From: Anaeromyxobacter sp.
Lineage (GTDB): Bacteria > Myxococcota > Myxococcia > Myxococcales > Anaeromyxobacteraceae
NCBI GenBank assembly: GCA_049840735.1
Contig: JASGJN010000025.1
Span: 97,793 to 161,792 of the forward strand
Direction of reading: 5' to 3'
DNA length: 64,000 nt
This document shows positions 43,174 to 54,858 of this stretch, piece after piece. The notes under the pieces were generated by a model that did not search any database, was not told where the DNA came from, and saw nothing but the letters and a program-made list of their open reading frames with translations. A program made the position numbers and the translations under genes. Positions within the stretch are counted from its first letter, which is position 1, and the number at the start of each line of letters is the position of its first letter.

Positions 43174-44160
43174 ATGCGCCGGCGGCTCTTGCGGAGTTCC
43201 TCTTCTCGTTCGAGCATGATCTCGTAGTAATCGAGGGCGGCGGCTGAGAACGGGTACTTGCCGGCCGCGTACTCGTCGAGCAGCGTTGCGACCTTGCTCT
43301 CATCGAGTTTGCCTATGTTGGCCTCGCGCAGTGCTTCATGATAGTCGAACTGAAATGTCTCCTGTGCTTGCTGCCGGTCCTCGCGGAGCAATCCGTCGTC
43401 CAATCTGAGAATCTCGATCGTTCGTTGCCCGATGGTACTACCGGGCACGGCGGCTTCGATACCACGAACACCGAAGCGGATGTGTTTGTGGGGATCGCGT
43501 TCCGCGATGGTGCTGGTTGGATTGAGGAGCAGAGGTTCCTCACGCTCGTCGAGTGCGTGCGGCGAAAGATAGTAGTGGCCCGGCCACTTCTTGCTTTCTC
43601 GTGGAAGGTCGTCCGGAGGGAAATTCGCGAGTTCTACGGGGGTGAGCGCAACCAATACCAGATGGAGCTTTCCAACAGGCAGATCGAACCGGTCATTCTT
43701 TCCGAGGCCAGAGTTACAGAGTTCGCAAGCCGGAATCAAATTCCTCCAGTCGAGGGCTAACCAGAAATAGCCGGGATGGGGAAAGTCTTGGACGACGGTG
43801 GCGGCGATGGGCAGTGTTTGGAACGATGGCACACTCAGTTTGCCAGTGGCGTCCTTGTACTTTACTGCTCCCTTCGGCCGGTAATGTTCAGCGTCGGGAT
43901 GGGCGCCGGAGACTTTACGCTCACAGTACGCACATTTCCGATAGAACACTTTATGGAAGAGAAAATCCTTGAACTCCCGCCAGATCCTCTGTGCCGAATT
44001 GAAATCGTCAGTCGAAGGATGCACTTGGTCCCGCGGCCATCCAATCCTCGAATGCTGCAATGATTTTGTCAGTGCTAGCCTCCGATCGCTTCTTCCAATC
44101 ATTCCACCAAACGGCATCGGAGCCCTGAAGGATGGTGGGATTGAAGTGGATCCGGGTCAT
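43170..44160 (-). CDS. HNH endonuclease (PtuB/TIGR02646-like; frameshift near 44010)
   Basis: KCAYCE, EHYRPKG, YFWLALDWRNLIPACELCN, KNDRF and PLLLNP motifs; start MTRIHFNP at 44160 overlaps the ATPase stop (ATGA). Confidence 0.9.
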
Positions 44161-47100
44161 TGTTGTATTCCTTTGCGGAATGTTTCGCGCAACTGACGAA
44201 CTTGTGCAGCGAGCTTCTTACGGTCTGATTCTTCAAGGCGTGGAAGAACCTCGTCCAGGCTTTGGAGCAGTTCCAGCGTGCGGCGGCCCTGAGGTGTCGT
44301 CGGTGAAGGTGGGATCCGAGCTTCGAGCGTTCGCTCCAGTTTGCGGCGCTGTGCCTTCTCCGTATCGTCGAGATCGTCTCTACCGAGGAGCATCTTATAT
44401 TCGGCGATGTAGGTCTCGGTCCGGGGATCGAGGGTGCTGTTCAGATCGAAGAGCTCTCCTGCCAGTACCTGGTCCGTCCGCCCGTAGGTCATATCCGGGG
44501 AGAACTCCACCGTGGCAACTTTGCTGTCCTGGAGGGCGAAGCGCGTGACTTCGGCTTTCTCCAAACCGCCGACAATCAGGGGTGAATGGGTGCAGGCTAC
44601 GAATTGGACGTGGGGAAAGGATTGTTTGAGGCGGTACACGAGCGCTTGTTGCCAGCGCGGGTGCATGTGGGCGTCGAGTTCGTCGATCAGGACGAGGGCG
44701 AAGGCTCCGGTGGGGAGAGGATCGTTGGTGGGGTTCTGCAGGGTTTCTTTGAGGCGCTGGCAGAGGACGCCGATCCAACCGAATAAGGAGGTCAGGCCCT
44801 GGCTGAGGACTTCTATGGGGAGTCCGGCGGTGACTTCTCCTGCTGTGACGAGGACGCGGAAGTTTTGATCGACGCGGAGGAAGCGGATGTCGGGGCGGTC
44901 TGTGATGGTGCGGGCGATCTCGAAGAATTGTTCGATCGTTTTGCGTGGTAGGGGTACCGTGTCTGGTGAAGCGATGTCCCAAAATTTGATGGTGATGTCG
45001 GCAGAGCCGGAAGCGGCACGCTTGCCGTCGGGCGTGATGGCGACAGCATGGACTGCTCTTGGTGTGCGCTCGCACGCTGACGGCTGCGCGGCCCGACTCC
45101 GGCTCCCAGATGAGGATGGACCCGTTCTCGCAACCAGCCGCGACGATCCTGCCGTCGTGGGAGATGGCAACGCTGTTGATACCGTCGGGCGGGCCGTTGA
45201 ATTGGTGCATCAGTTTTCCATCATTCGGGTCCCAAACCTGAAGTTTGCCCTTGGACGTGGCGCTCACCAATTGCTTCGCCGTTGGTGTGATGGCGACTGA
45301 CGTAAGGGGCTCGCCGATCTCAATGGTGATCCTATGAGCGGCGCCGTCTGAGACGATGAGCGTGCCGTTTTCGGAGGCTCGGGCGAACGTTGTACCCGAC
45401 GTACCTTGTCGAGCGCGACAGCGGTTACTTTGGCGGCGGTGGAAGGGTTCATTTCCAGCAAGGTGTAGGCTATCGGCTCTCGCCTCCATTGTGCGTGGAG
45501 ACTCTACCGTCTTCATAACCAGAGCCGGCGATCTCTCCGTCATCACTCATTGCGACGCACAGACAGTCCGTCTTTCCCTTGCGGGGAATCTTGCCGAGGA
45601 TCTCGTTGGCAGCGGACCAAAGGATCACGTTACCAGCGCTTGAGCCAGTGGCGGTAATGTCACCGGCGGCGTTCACAGCGACACACTTGACCTTTGATTG
45701 ATGAGCCTTGAATTTGCTGATGAGCCGGTAGGAACTCGTGTCCCAACGTGCGAGGTAACTGTCATCGGACGCTGAAATGGAGGACGGCTCCATTGTTGGC
45801 AAATGCGAGACCAGTGACGCGTTGTGCATGGCCAGTGACGACTTGAACCTCCTTTACGGTGGTTGCCTGTCCTGCTTTGTCCGCCGCGTCGAGGTTGACG
45901 ATCCATTGCTTGAGGCGATCCATGCGCGGGTCGGGTTCGCCGGAGAGGAGCGAGAGGAGATCGTCGGCGGTGGGGCGGCCTTTTTGCACGATGGCTTGGG
46001 GACCGGTGGAGGGAGTCCAACTGACGGTGCGGAGTGGTGAGAAGCCGAGGGCGAGCCAGCCTTCGGCTTCCATGGGACGGCTGGGGAGGCTGATCACTTC
46101 GGCTTCGGACTGCATATCCTTGATGAGGATCTCGGTGACGTAGCCGGTGGGGTTTCTTTCCGTTGTGAGGGTGATGCGTCCTTTTGTTTTTCCCGCACGG
46201 ACGAGGCGTGCGGCGTAGTTGCGGGCATCGCTGCCCATGATGGCTACGGCGATCGCTTTGAGGATTGTGGACTTGCCAACTCCGTTATCGCCGAGGAGGA
46301 TTTTCCATTGGCCTGGGAGAAATCGAGCTCGAGTTTTTCAAATGGGCCGATGTCTTCGAGTGTCAGTCTGTGGATGCCCGGGTTGGTTTGCGTCGTGGTG
46401 GCGTGGGCTGTGGGCGTGGTGGGGGCCGGGGCTTCTTCCTTGAGTTTCCGGAGGAATTCGTTGACTTCAGGGAAACCGGCGGAGACGGGGAAGTCGAGGA
46501 CTTTGACGTTGTAGCGGCGTTCGAGCAGTTGGGCTTTGGCTTTCCAGGCGGCTCCCTGAACGGCTACGAGGGCGTAGTGTTTGCGAGGGTTGGCGCCGCG
46601 GAAGACGAAGCCTGCGAGGAAGTCGGAAATGCCCTCGAGACTGAGTCCTACGAAGAGGAATGTCCTCGAGTAAAAGCAACCTTCCATGAATTTGCCGAAG
46701 GAGATGTTGCGGGAGATGGCTTCGCGGTATTCGATGGGGGCAAAGATCAGCGATTCGGGCTTCTCCAGAACACCGTAGAGCTTGAGAAGGAACTTGCGGC
46801 GTTGGGAGAGAGCGTCGAGCAGGGGTTCGGCGTCTGTTGGGGTAGTGGAGGCCGGAGTGGGCGAAATCAGGGAAGTTTTGTTCGCAGAGGCGGTCGTAAT
46901 TGGTGGTGACGACGGCTGAGAAGCGGGTGGTCTTAAGGGCATCGTGTGCGGGTGAGGTGGCGGGGGTGTTGGGGAAGGTTTGTTCGAGGAATTGATGGAG
47001 GAGCGGGCGGTTGCCGCTGAAGGTTTCGGCGATGCCGTCGGCGGCGGCGTCGCGTTCGCCTGCCTCGAGGGCGGATTGGAAGGAGTGGGCTACTTCTTCG

Positions 47101-48163
47101 TTGATGATTTTGTGTTGCGTGGCGAATTGGATGAGGTTGGCGAGGAACTGGTCCCAGGTGACGACGCCGGCCCGGGCGCTGAGGCCGGCTCCAGCGAAGA
47201 GGACGCATTCGTCTTTGTTGCAGGCTTCGATGAGGTCGGGGGGAGGATGGGGGTGGCGGGTTTGGATGGGAGAGCCGACAGCGAATTTGGTTTCCCTGCG
47301 AACATTCGTCCCCAGTGCTGCTCGGGGGGATCGGTGGCTTGCGGGGCGACTGATGTAGGGTGTAGGGCGGGACGCTTTACGTGAGGGGTCTGTTCAATGA
47401 CATGCCTGAGAAGCAGTTCTCCTCCATTGTCAAAGCGGACTGGAACCTGAACAACACGGATGTCCCGCGTCGAGAAAGGTTTAGGGTCGAATTCAGCAGC
47501 CGGAACGACCGCATAGTGAACTTGCTCTGAAATCTCCAAGGCATCCATGTAAGGAGAGTGTTGCAGTTCATCGGCTTCAAACCCGAGAAAGAGTGCTGGC
47601 CGAACTAGAAAGGCCTCGAGGCTGGATTCAATGTCGTCTTCGTCTGTGCCTTTCAGGCTCTGCCGCTCGGCGACGGTGCCACGGATTTTCCAGATTGCCG
47701 GCCGCTGAAAGGACGCCGGCATCTTCTCATCACGCAGAAAAATGGTGGCGAAAGGGACTCGATTCCTCGCGAACTCGAGCTCGATGGCCCGATCGACGTT
47801 GGGAGTCGCAACGAAATCGGTGAGGAGTGGTATCAGTCGAAGCGGACCCACCCAGTCCCCTTCCGGTACTAGATTTCCAAATACCTCTTCTATGGCGTCT
47901 AGGACGTACATCTCCCCGGTCTTCTTTATGATGTTCTCGGGAGTCAGTTCGTCCAGATAGACCTTCGCGCGTTTCGCGATCTGCCCAAGGAAGTTCTGCC
48001 AGTGTGGCAAGCCGGCTCCTTGAGAAACTCCGGGTCCCGCGAAGACGCTGATACCTGCGCCACTGATCTGGTCGATCAGGTTTCGGATGGCGATCCGGTT
48101 GCCGGGGATTGCGAATAACTCATCCAAGAATTCCTGGGGAACGCCGCCGGAATTTGTAACCAT
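44157..48163 (-). CDS. SIR2-like x2 / ABC-type ATPase with internal WD40 repeats (~1,330 aa; several apparent frameshifts)
   Basis: FAGPGVS…LPHW; FAGAGLS…TTNYD…FLFVGLS; Walker A GDNGVGKS (46269-46292); WD40 repeats; signature LSQG; Walker B LIDELDAHMHP; H-loop THSP. Confidence 0.8.
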
Positions 48164-48207
48164 ACGTACCGGACATGATAGCCGATGTTTCGGAGTAGCA
48201 TAAGGGA

Positions 48208-49120
48208 ATGCCCAAGGTAGACTGGCACGGGGTTTATCCCGCTGCGACGACTCAATTTCGTTCTGACGAATCCATTGATTTTGACGCTACGGCTCGCCAT
48301 TTGGAGGTGATGCTGAAGGCCGGGATTCATGGCCTGGTGCTGTTGGGGAGCGTCGGGAAAACACGGCTCTCGACTATGGCGAGAAGATTGATTTCCTGGA
48401 GCGCATGAAGGATGTTGTGCGCGGACGGGTGCCTATTTTGAGCGGGGTGGCCGAGATCACCACTCGCATGGCATGCCGCTATGCGGCGGACTGCGAGAAG
48501 ATCGGCATCGATGGATTGATGGTGCTGCCGGCTATGATCTACAAAGCTGATCGCGGCGAAGCGCTGGGGCATTTTCGCAGCGTGTCGCGGGCAAGCGGAC
48601 TGCCGGTCATGATCTACAATATCCTTCCGCCCATCACGTCGATGTGACGCCGGAAATGTTTACCGAACTCGCCGAGGAACCGACGATCGTGGCGATTAAG
48701 GAATCGAGCGACAGATCCGCGGCGGATCACCGATATCGTGAACGTGTGCGGGGATCGCTTCATTCTTTTTTCAGGTGTGGATGATTCTGGTTTTGGAGAG
48801 CGCTGACGTTGGGCGCGCAGGGTTGGATCTCCGGCCTGGTGAATGCATTTCCCGATGAGAATCGGGCGCTGTGGGATTTGGCCATGGCGGGAAAGTGGGA
48901 CGAGGCTCGCGCACTCTATCGCTGGTATACGCCGCTGCTGCATCTGGATACCAAGATCAAGCTGGTGCAGTACATCAAGATGTGTATGGCGGCAGTGGGC
49001 CTGGGCAGCGAAGTGACGCGTGCGCCGCGGCTGCGCGTGGAAGGCGCGGAGCGGGAAGAAGTGCTGCGCATCATTCACCACGCGCTGGCGACGCGGCCGG
49101 TATTGACGGCAACTGCATGA
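48208..49120 (+). CDS. DHDPS-family protein (likely pyrroline-hydroxy-carboxylate deaminase; frameshifted)
   Basis: [19 protein letters not shown] and AIKESS motifs; sits in the hydroxyproline cluster. Confidence 0.85.
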
Positions 49121-50033
49121 AGCGCGTGCAGGTGATCGACTCGCACACCGGGGGCGAGCCGACCCGGCTGGTGGTCGCGGGCGGGCCGGAGTTAGGCAAC
49201 GGTACGATGGCTGAACGGCTGGCTGCGTTTCGCAGCCGGTTCGATGAGTTCCGTTCGGCAGTGGTGAATGAGCCGCGTGGTTCTGATGTGATTGTCGGGG
49301 CGCTGCTGTGCGAACCGGTGGATGAGTCGTGCGCGGCGGGCGTCATCTTCTTCAACAATGTCGGCTATCTCGGCATGTGTGGACACGGCACGATCGGTTT
49401 GATGGTGACGTTGGGTCACATGGGCCGCATCGCGCCGGGCGAGCATCGCATTGAAACTCCGGTGGGGGAGATTCGCGCGACGTTGGTGGATGCGAACACT
49501 GTGTCGCTGGACAATGTGCCGAGTTACCGGTTTCGCGCCGCGGTTCCGGTGGAGGTGCCGGGGCTGGGTGTGATCAGCGGGGATGTGGCTTGGGGCGGAA
49601 ATTGGTTCTTTCTTGTGAACGACCATGGGCAGCGCGTCGTATTGGATAACGTGGAGCATTTGACGGATGTGACCTGGCGAATCCGCCAGGCGTTGACGGC
49701 TAGCGGCATCACGGGTGAGCACGGCCAGGAGATCGACCATATTGAGCTGTTCGCGGGAATCGTAACTTTGTGTTGTGTCCGGGCAAGGCTTATGACCGGT
49801 CGCCATGCGGCACGGGGACGAGTGCGAAGCTGGCGTGTCTGGCGGCTGACGGCAAATTGAATGAGGGCGAGGTGTGGCGGCAGGAGAGCATCGTGGGCAG
49901 CGTGTTTGAAGGCAGCTACCGCTGGGCCGGCGATCGTGTTGTGCCGACGATTCGTGGAACGGCTTATGTGAATGCGGAAGCGACGCTGTTACTCAATCCC
50001 GCCGATCCGTATTGCATGGGAATCCGGCGATGA
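49117..50033 (+). CDS. 4-hydroxyproline epimerase/proline racemase family (frameshift near 49760)
   Basis: [23 protein letters not shown] and [11 protein letters not shown] (two catalytic Cys). Confidence 0.93.
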
Positions 50034-51142
50034 GCACGGCGGACGTCGTGATTCTGGGGGCGGGGCTGGTGGGCGCGGCTTGCGCCGAGCGGCTGGCTCA
50101 GGAGAAGTTGCGGGTGACCGTGCTGGATGGGGGCGTGGTGGGCGCTGGGGCGACGGCGGCAGGCATGGGTCATATCACGGTGATGGATGACTCCGAGGCG
50201 CAGTTCGCGTTAACGCGTTATTCACAGACGTTGTGGCGCGAGCGCCGCGCGGAGTTGCCGGCGAGTGTGGAATGGCGAGACACCGGGACGTTGTGGGTGG
50301 CCGCTGATGATGAGGAGATGCAAGCGGTGGCGGCGAAGCAGGCGTTCTATACGTCGCGCGGCGTTGCGGTGCAGACGTTGGATTCGCATGCTGTGGCTGA
50401 GGCGGAGCCGCATCTGCGTCCGGGCTTGGCCGGTGGATTTCTTGTGCCCGACGATAGTGTGATCTATGCGCCATGCGCGGCGGCCTATTTGATGCAGCGA
50501 GCGAAGGCGGCCGGTGCGCAGGTGCGGTTGGGGGTGTCGGCGCTGCGCGTGGATCGCGGCCGTGTGGTGCTGGACGATGATACGCACGTGGATGCTCCGA
50601 GGGTGGTGGTGGCGTGCGGGCACTGGTCGCGGAAACTGCTGCCGGATGTTCCGGTGCGCGCGCGCAAGGGGCATCTGGCGATCACGGACCGCTATCCGGG
50701 ATTTGTGCGGCATCAGTTGGTGGAACTGGGTTATCTGAAGAGCGCGCACGGGCATGAGCAGGAATCGGTTGCGTTCAATGTGCAGCCGCGTGCGACGGGA
50801 CAACTGCTGATCGGATCTTCGCGGCAGTTTGATGTGGAGCAGAGCGCGGTGGAGCCGCGATTTCTGGCTCGGATGCTGGAGCGGGCGTTTGCCTATATGC
50901 CGAAGTTGCGCGCGATGAGCGTGATTCGTACGTGGACGGGGTTTCGCGCGGCGACGCCGGATTCGCTGCCGTTGATTGGTCCCTATGAGCGGATGGAAGG
51001 CGTGTATCTGGCGACGGGGCATGAAGGGCTGGGAATCACGACCTCGCTGGGCACGGCGGCTGTGCTGACCGACCATATGATGGGGCGCGCGAGCGCGATT
51101 CCACTCGATCCTTATTTGCCTGCGAGGTTCCCCAATGGCTGA
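50030..51142 (+). CDS. FAD-dependent DAO-family oxidoreductase (D-hydroxyproline dehydrogenase beta-like)
   Basis: [19 protein letters not shown] and GHEGLGIT motifs. Confidence 0.9.
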   Translation: MSTADVVILGAGLVGAACAERLAQEKLRVTVLDGGVVGAGATAAGMGHITVMDDSEAQFALTRYSQTLWRERRAELPASVEWRDTGTLWVAADDEEMQAVAAKQAFYTSRGVAVQTLDSHAVAEAEPHLRPGLAGGFLVPDDSVIYAPCAAAYLMQRAKAAGAQVRLGVSALRVDRGRVVLDDDTHVDAPRVVVACGHWSRKLLPDVPVRARKGHLAITDRYPGFVRHQLVELGYLKSAHGHEQESVAFNVQPRATGQLLIGSSRQFDVEQSAVEPRFLARMLERAFAYMPKLRAMSVIRTWTGFRAATPDSLPLIGPYERMEGVYLATGHEGLGITTSLGTAAVLTDHMMGRASAIPLDPYLPARFPNG

Positions 51143-52539
51143 GCGGCAGGATGTAGTAGCGGCGAAGATGTTGTGCGATGGGACGGCGTTTCGCACTTCG
51201 GTGAGCGGCGAGCCGCGGGCTCCGCTGTGCGGCATGGGAGTGTGCATGGAGTGTCGCGCGACGGTGAATGGCGTGGCGCATCAGCGCACATGCCAGAGCA
51301 TTGTGGGGGGCGGTGGGGGCTTGAAACCAATCCCCGAGCAGTTGGATGTATTGGTGGTGGGTGCGGGTCCGGCGGGTATGGCCGCATTGTGGGCGGCATC
51401 GCAGAGCAGCGCGCGCATCGGGCTGGTGGACGACAATCCGGCGGCGGGCGGGCAGATCTGGCGGAACTCGATTCCGGCGGAGTGGGCGGCGCGCGTCGAT
51501 ACGCTGCCGGTGTTTGCGGGCACTCGCATTTTTGGCATTGGCGGCAAACCGAATTCGCTTTGGGCCGAACGGGGTGGGGAACGTGTGGAACTTCGTTACG
51601 GCAAGCTGATTGTGGCGACTGGCGCGCGAGAGCGCTTTCTGCCGTTTCCCGGTTGGACGCTGCCTGGTGTGTTCGGAGCCGGTGGACTGCAGGCCCTGGT
51701 GAAGGGCGGGTTTCCGGTGGCGGGCAAGCGGGTGGTGGTGGCGGGATCGGGTCCGCTGCTGCTGGCGGTGGCGGCGTATTTGAAAGAGCGCGGAGCAAAG
51801 GTGGTGTTGATTGCGGAGCAGACTACGGTGGCACGGCGGAATCAGTTTGTGAAGCTGTTGCTGAAGAGTCCGGCGAAGCTGAAGCAGGCGATGGCTTTGC
51901 GGTGGCAACTGATGGGTGTGCCGTACCAGATGTCGTCGTGGGTGACGCGAGCGGAAGGCGACGGACAGGTGAGCCGTGTGGTGTTGCAGAACGGGCGCAG
52001 CATGGAATGCGATGCTCTGGCTTGCGGGTTTGGACTGGCTCCGAACACGGAACTCGCCGCGTTGTTGGGGTGCCGGATTGATGATGGTTATGTTGCGGTG
52101 AATCATGCACAGCAAACCACGGTGGATGGCGTTTACTGTGCCGGTGAGCCGACAGGTATTGGCGGACTGGACAAGTCGATTGCCGAGGGGCTGATTGCCG
52201 GCTACAGCGCGACGGGGCAAGTGGAGAAAGCGCGGGCGGAGTTCCCGAAACGTGCACGGGCGAATCTGTTTTCGGCGTCAACTGGACACGGCGTTTGCGC
52301 TGCGCGCCGAACTGCAGTGGATGGCGAAGCCGGATACGATCGTGTGCCGCTGTGAGGACGTACGGCTGGACCAGATACTGGATCATCGTTCGTGGCGCGA
52401 TCTGAAGTTGCAGACGCGGTGCGGCATGGGTCCGTGCCAGGGACGGATTTGCGGGCCAGCGGTGGAGTACTTGCGCGGGTGGTCCGCGGATAGCGTGCGG
52501 CCGCCGCTGTATCCGGTGGATGCCCAGAAGCTGCTATGA
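51135..52539 (+). CDS. Fused 2Fe-2S / FAD-NAD oxidoreductase (dehydrogenase gamma+alpha-like; frameshift near 52280)
   Basis: CGMGVCMEC…RTC in frame with GAGPAG and PFPGWTLPGV; C-terminal VCRCEDV…RCGMGPCQGRIC. Confidence 0.85.
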
Positions 52540-52553
52540 AATAATCTCCCAAT

Positions 52554-54858
52554 ATGCGGATGGTGTTGGGTTTGGTGGTGGTCCAGGTCTTGGGCGCCGT
52601 GGACTTCACGACGGATGTTCGTCCGATCCTCGAAAGATCGTGCTACCCGTGTCACGGAGCGAAGGTCCAGATGCATGGGCTGCGCCTGGATTCGCGGGCA
52701 GCGGCGGTGAAGGGCGGGGAATCGGGCGTGTCGTCGCTGGGTCTGATCTACCGCTACATTTCCGGGCAGGACAAAGACATCAAGATGCCCCCAGGCAAGC
52801 TGCTGCCTGCCTCCGAGATTGCCGTGTTGAAGCAGTGGCTGGATGAGGGCGCGAAGTACGCGGGTGAAGCGGCGAGCGTGCTGACAGAGGATCCGAAGTT
52901 TGTGCGGGGGCGCAAGCATTGGGCGTTTCAGCCGCGGGCGACGCAGATTCCGCCGCATGTGAAACGTCCGGCATGGGCTCGCAATCCGATTGATGCATTC
53001 GTGCTGGCGAAGCTGGAAGCAAAGGGGTGGACGCCCGCTCCGCAGGCTGAGCCTCGTGATCTGTTGCGGCGTGTGTTCTTTGATCTCACAGGGCTGCCTC
53101 CGACACTGGCCGAGCAGGAGGCGTTTCTTGCTGATCCGACTCCGGCGGCCTTGGACAAGCTGATCGACGAATTGATGGAGCGTCCCGCATATGCGGAGCG
53201 ATGGGCGAGGCATTGGCTGGACGTGGTGCGCTATGCGGAATCGAACGGATATGAACGCGATGGGGTGAAGCCGAATGCCTGGAAGTATCGCGATTATGTG
53301 ATCCGTTCCTTCGCTGCGGATAAGCCGTTTGACCGATTTCTGACAGAACAGATCGCCGGTGATGAGTTGGATGAGGTGACGCCGGATACTCTGATCGCCA
53401 CCGGGTTTCACCGGTTGGGGCCCTGGGATGACGAGCCCGCGGATCCTCCTACGGACCGGTTTGATCAATTGGACGATGTGATCTCTACGACGTCGCAGGC
53501 GTTTCTCGGGCTGACCATCGGATGCGCGCGGTGTCACAACCATAAGTTTGAGCCACTGACTGCTGCCGATTACTATTCGATGATTGCGGTGTTTCGCGGG
53601 TTGGAACGGCCGCGCAGTGGGCGTACCGAGTTGGATCTGCCTTTGGGGACTCGGACCGAACTGGAAAAGGAGGCCGCGCGCGATGCGGCGATGGCGCCGT
53701 TTCGCAAAGAGATCGGAAAGCTGGAGGCGCCGTACCGGGCCAAGGGCAAAGGTTGGGAAGAGCAAGTCCCGGTAGATGTGAAGGCGCAGATTGCGGAGCT
53801 GCGGGCGAAGATTGATGCCTACCGGCGGGCGACTCCTGATTTGCCGCGCGGCTACTTTATGCATGCAACCGAAGAAGCCCGAGGCTTCGCACATACTCTT
53901 ACGCGGCAAGCCGGGTGCTTTGGGACCGGAGGTTACACCCGCGGTGCCGGCGATTCTGGTGAAGCAGCAACCGGAGTTTGCGGCTGCGGCGCGAACGAGC
54001 GGACGGAGATTGTCGTTTGCGAAGTGGCTCGCCGGCGGCGAGAATCCATTGACTGCGCGCGTGATTGTGAACCGTGTATGGATGTGGCACTTCGGCGAGG
54101 GACTGGTGCGCACGCCGTCAGACTTTGGATTGATGGGACAGGCCCCTACGCATCCGGAGTTGCTCGATTGGCTGGCGACGCGGTTTGTGGAAGAAGGATG
54201 GTCGTTCAAGAAGCTGCATAAGCTGATCCTGACGAGCAATACGTGGCGCATGTCGAAGGCGTTGCGCACGGAGTATCAGGCGGCTGATCCGGAGAACCGG
54301 CTGTTGTGGCGGATGCCATTCAAGCGGCTGGAAGTGGAGGCCATTCGCGATGCCGTGCTGGCTGTGAGCGGACGGCTGAACCCGGCGATGTCTGGGCCGA
54401 GTGTGTTTCCGGCGATACCGGCGCAGGCGCTGGAGGGCTCATCTGATCCGGATAAAATCTGGAAGGCGTCGCCCGAGGCGGAGGCTTCGCGGCGCAGTGT
54501 TTACGTGTTTCTGAAGCGATCTTTGATTGTGCCGATGTTTGATGCATTAGATTTGTGCGACACGGCGCGGTCCGCCGCGCAGCGCATGACTACGACGGTT
54601 CCGACACAGGCGCTGACGCTCTTCAATGGCGAGTTTGTGAATCAGCAGGCACGGTATCTGGCGGAACGGTTGAGGAAAGACGCGGCGGATTCTGATGAGG
54701 CGCGCATCACGTTGGCGTACCGGCTGGCTTTGGCGCGTAAGCCCGCTGATGGGGAATTGGCGGCCATGAAAGAGTTTCTGGCGAAGGATCGGGAGCGTGG
54801 GTTGGAGCAGGTGGCGCGGGTGATTTTCAACTTGAACGAGTTTGTCTATGTCGATTAA
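52554..54858 (+). CDS. Planctomycete cytochrome c / DUF1549 / DUF1553 protein (frameshift near 53870)
   Basis: CYPCH, HWAF…NPIDAF, WLDVVRYAES, CARCHNHK, NRVWMWHFG and LNEFVYVD motifs. Confidence 0.92.

Noticed and set aside
39991..48200. Retron associated with the ATPase-HNH pair
   Set aside because: I found no reverse transcriptase (YADD-type) motif and no intergenic room for msr-msd.
50030..52539. HCN synthase (hcnABC)
   Set aside because: The genes are homologous, but linkage to a hydroxyproline epimerase and a DHDPS-family deaminase favours D-hydroxyproline dehydrogenase.
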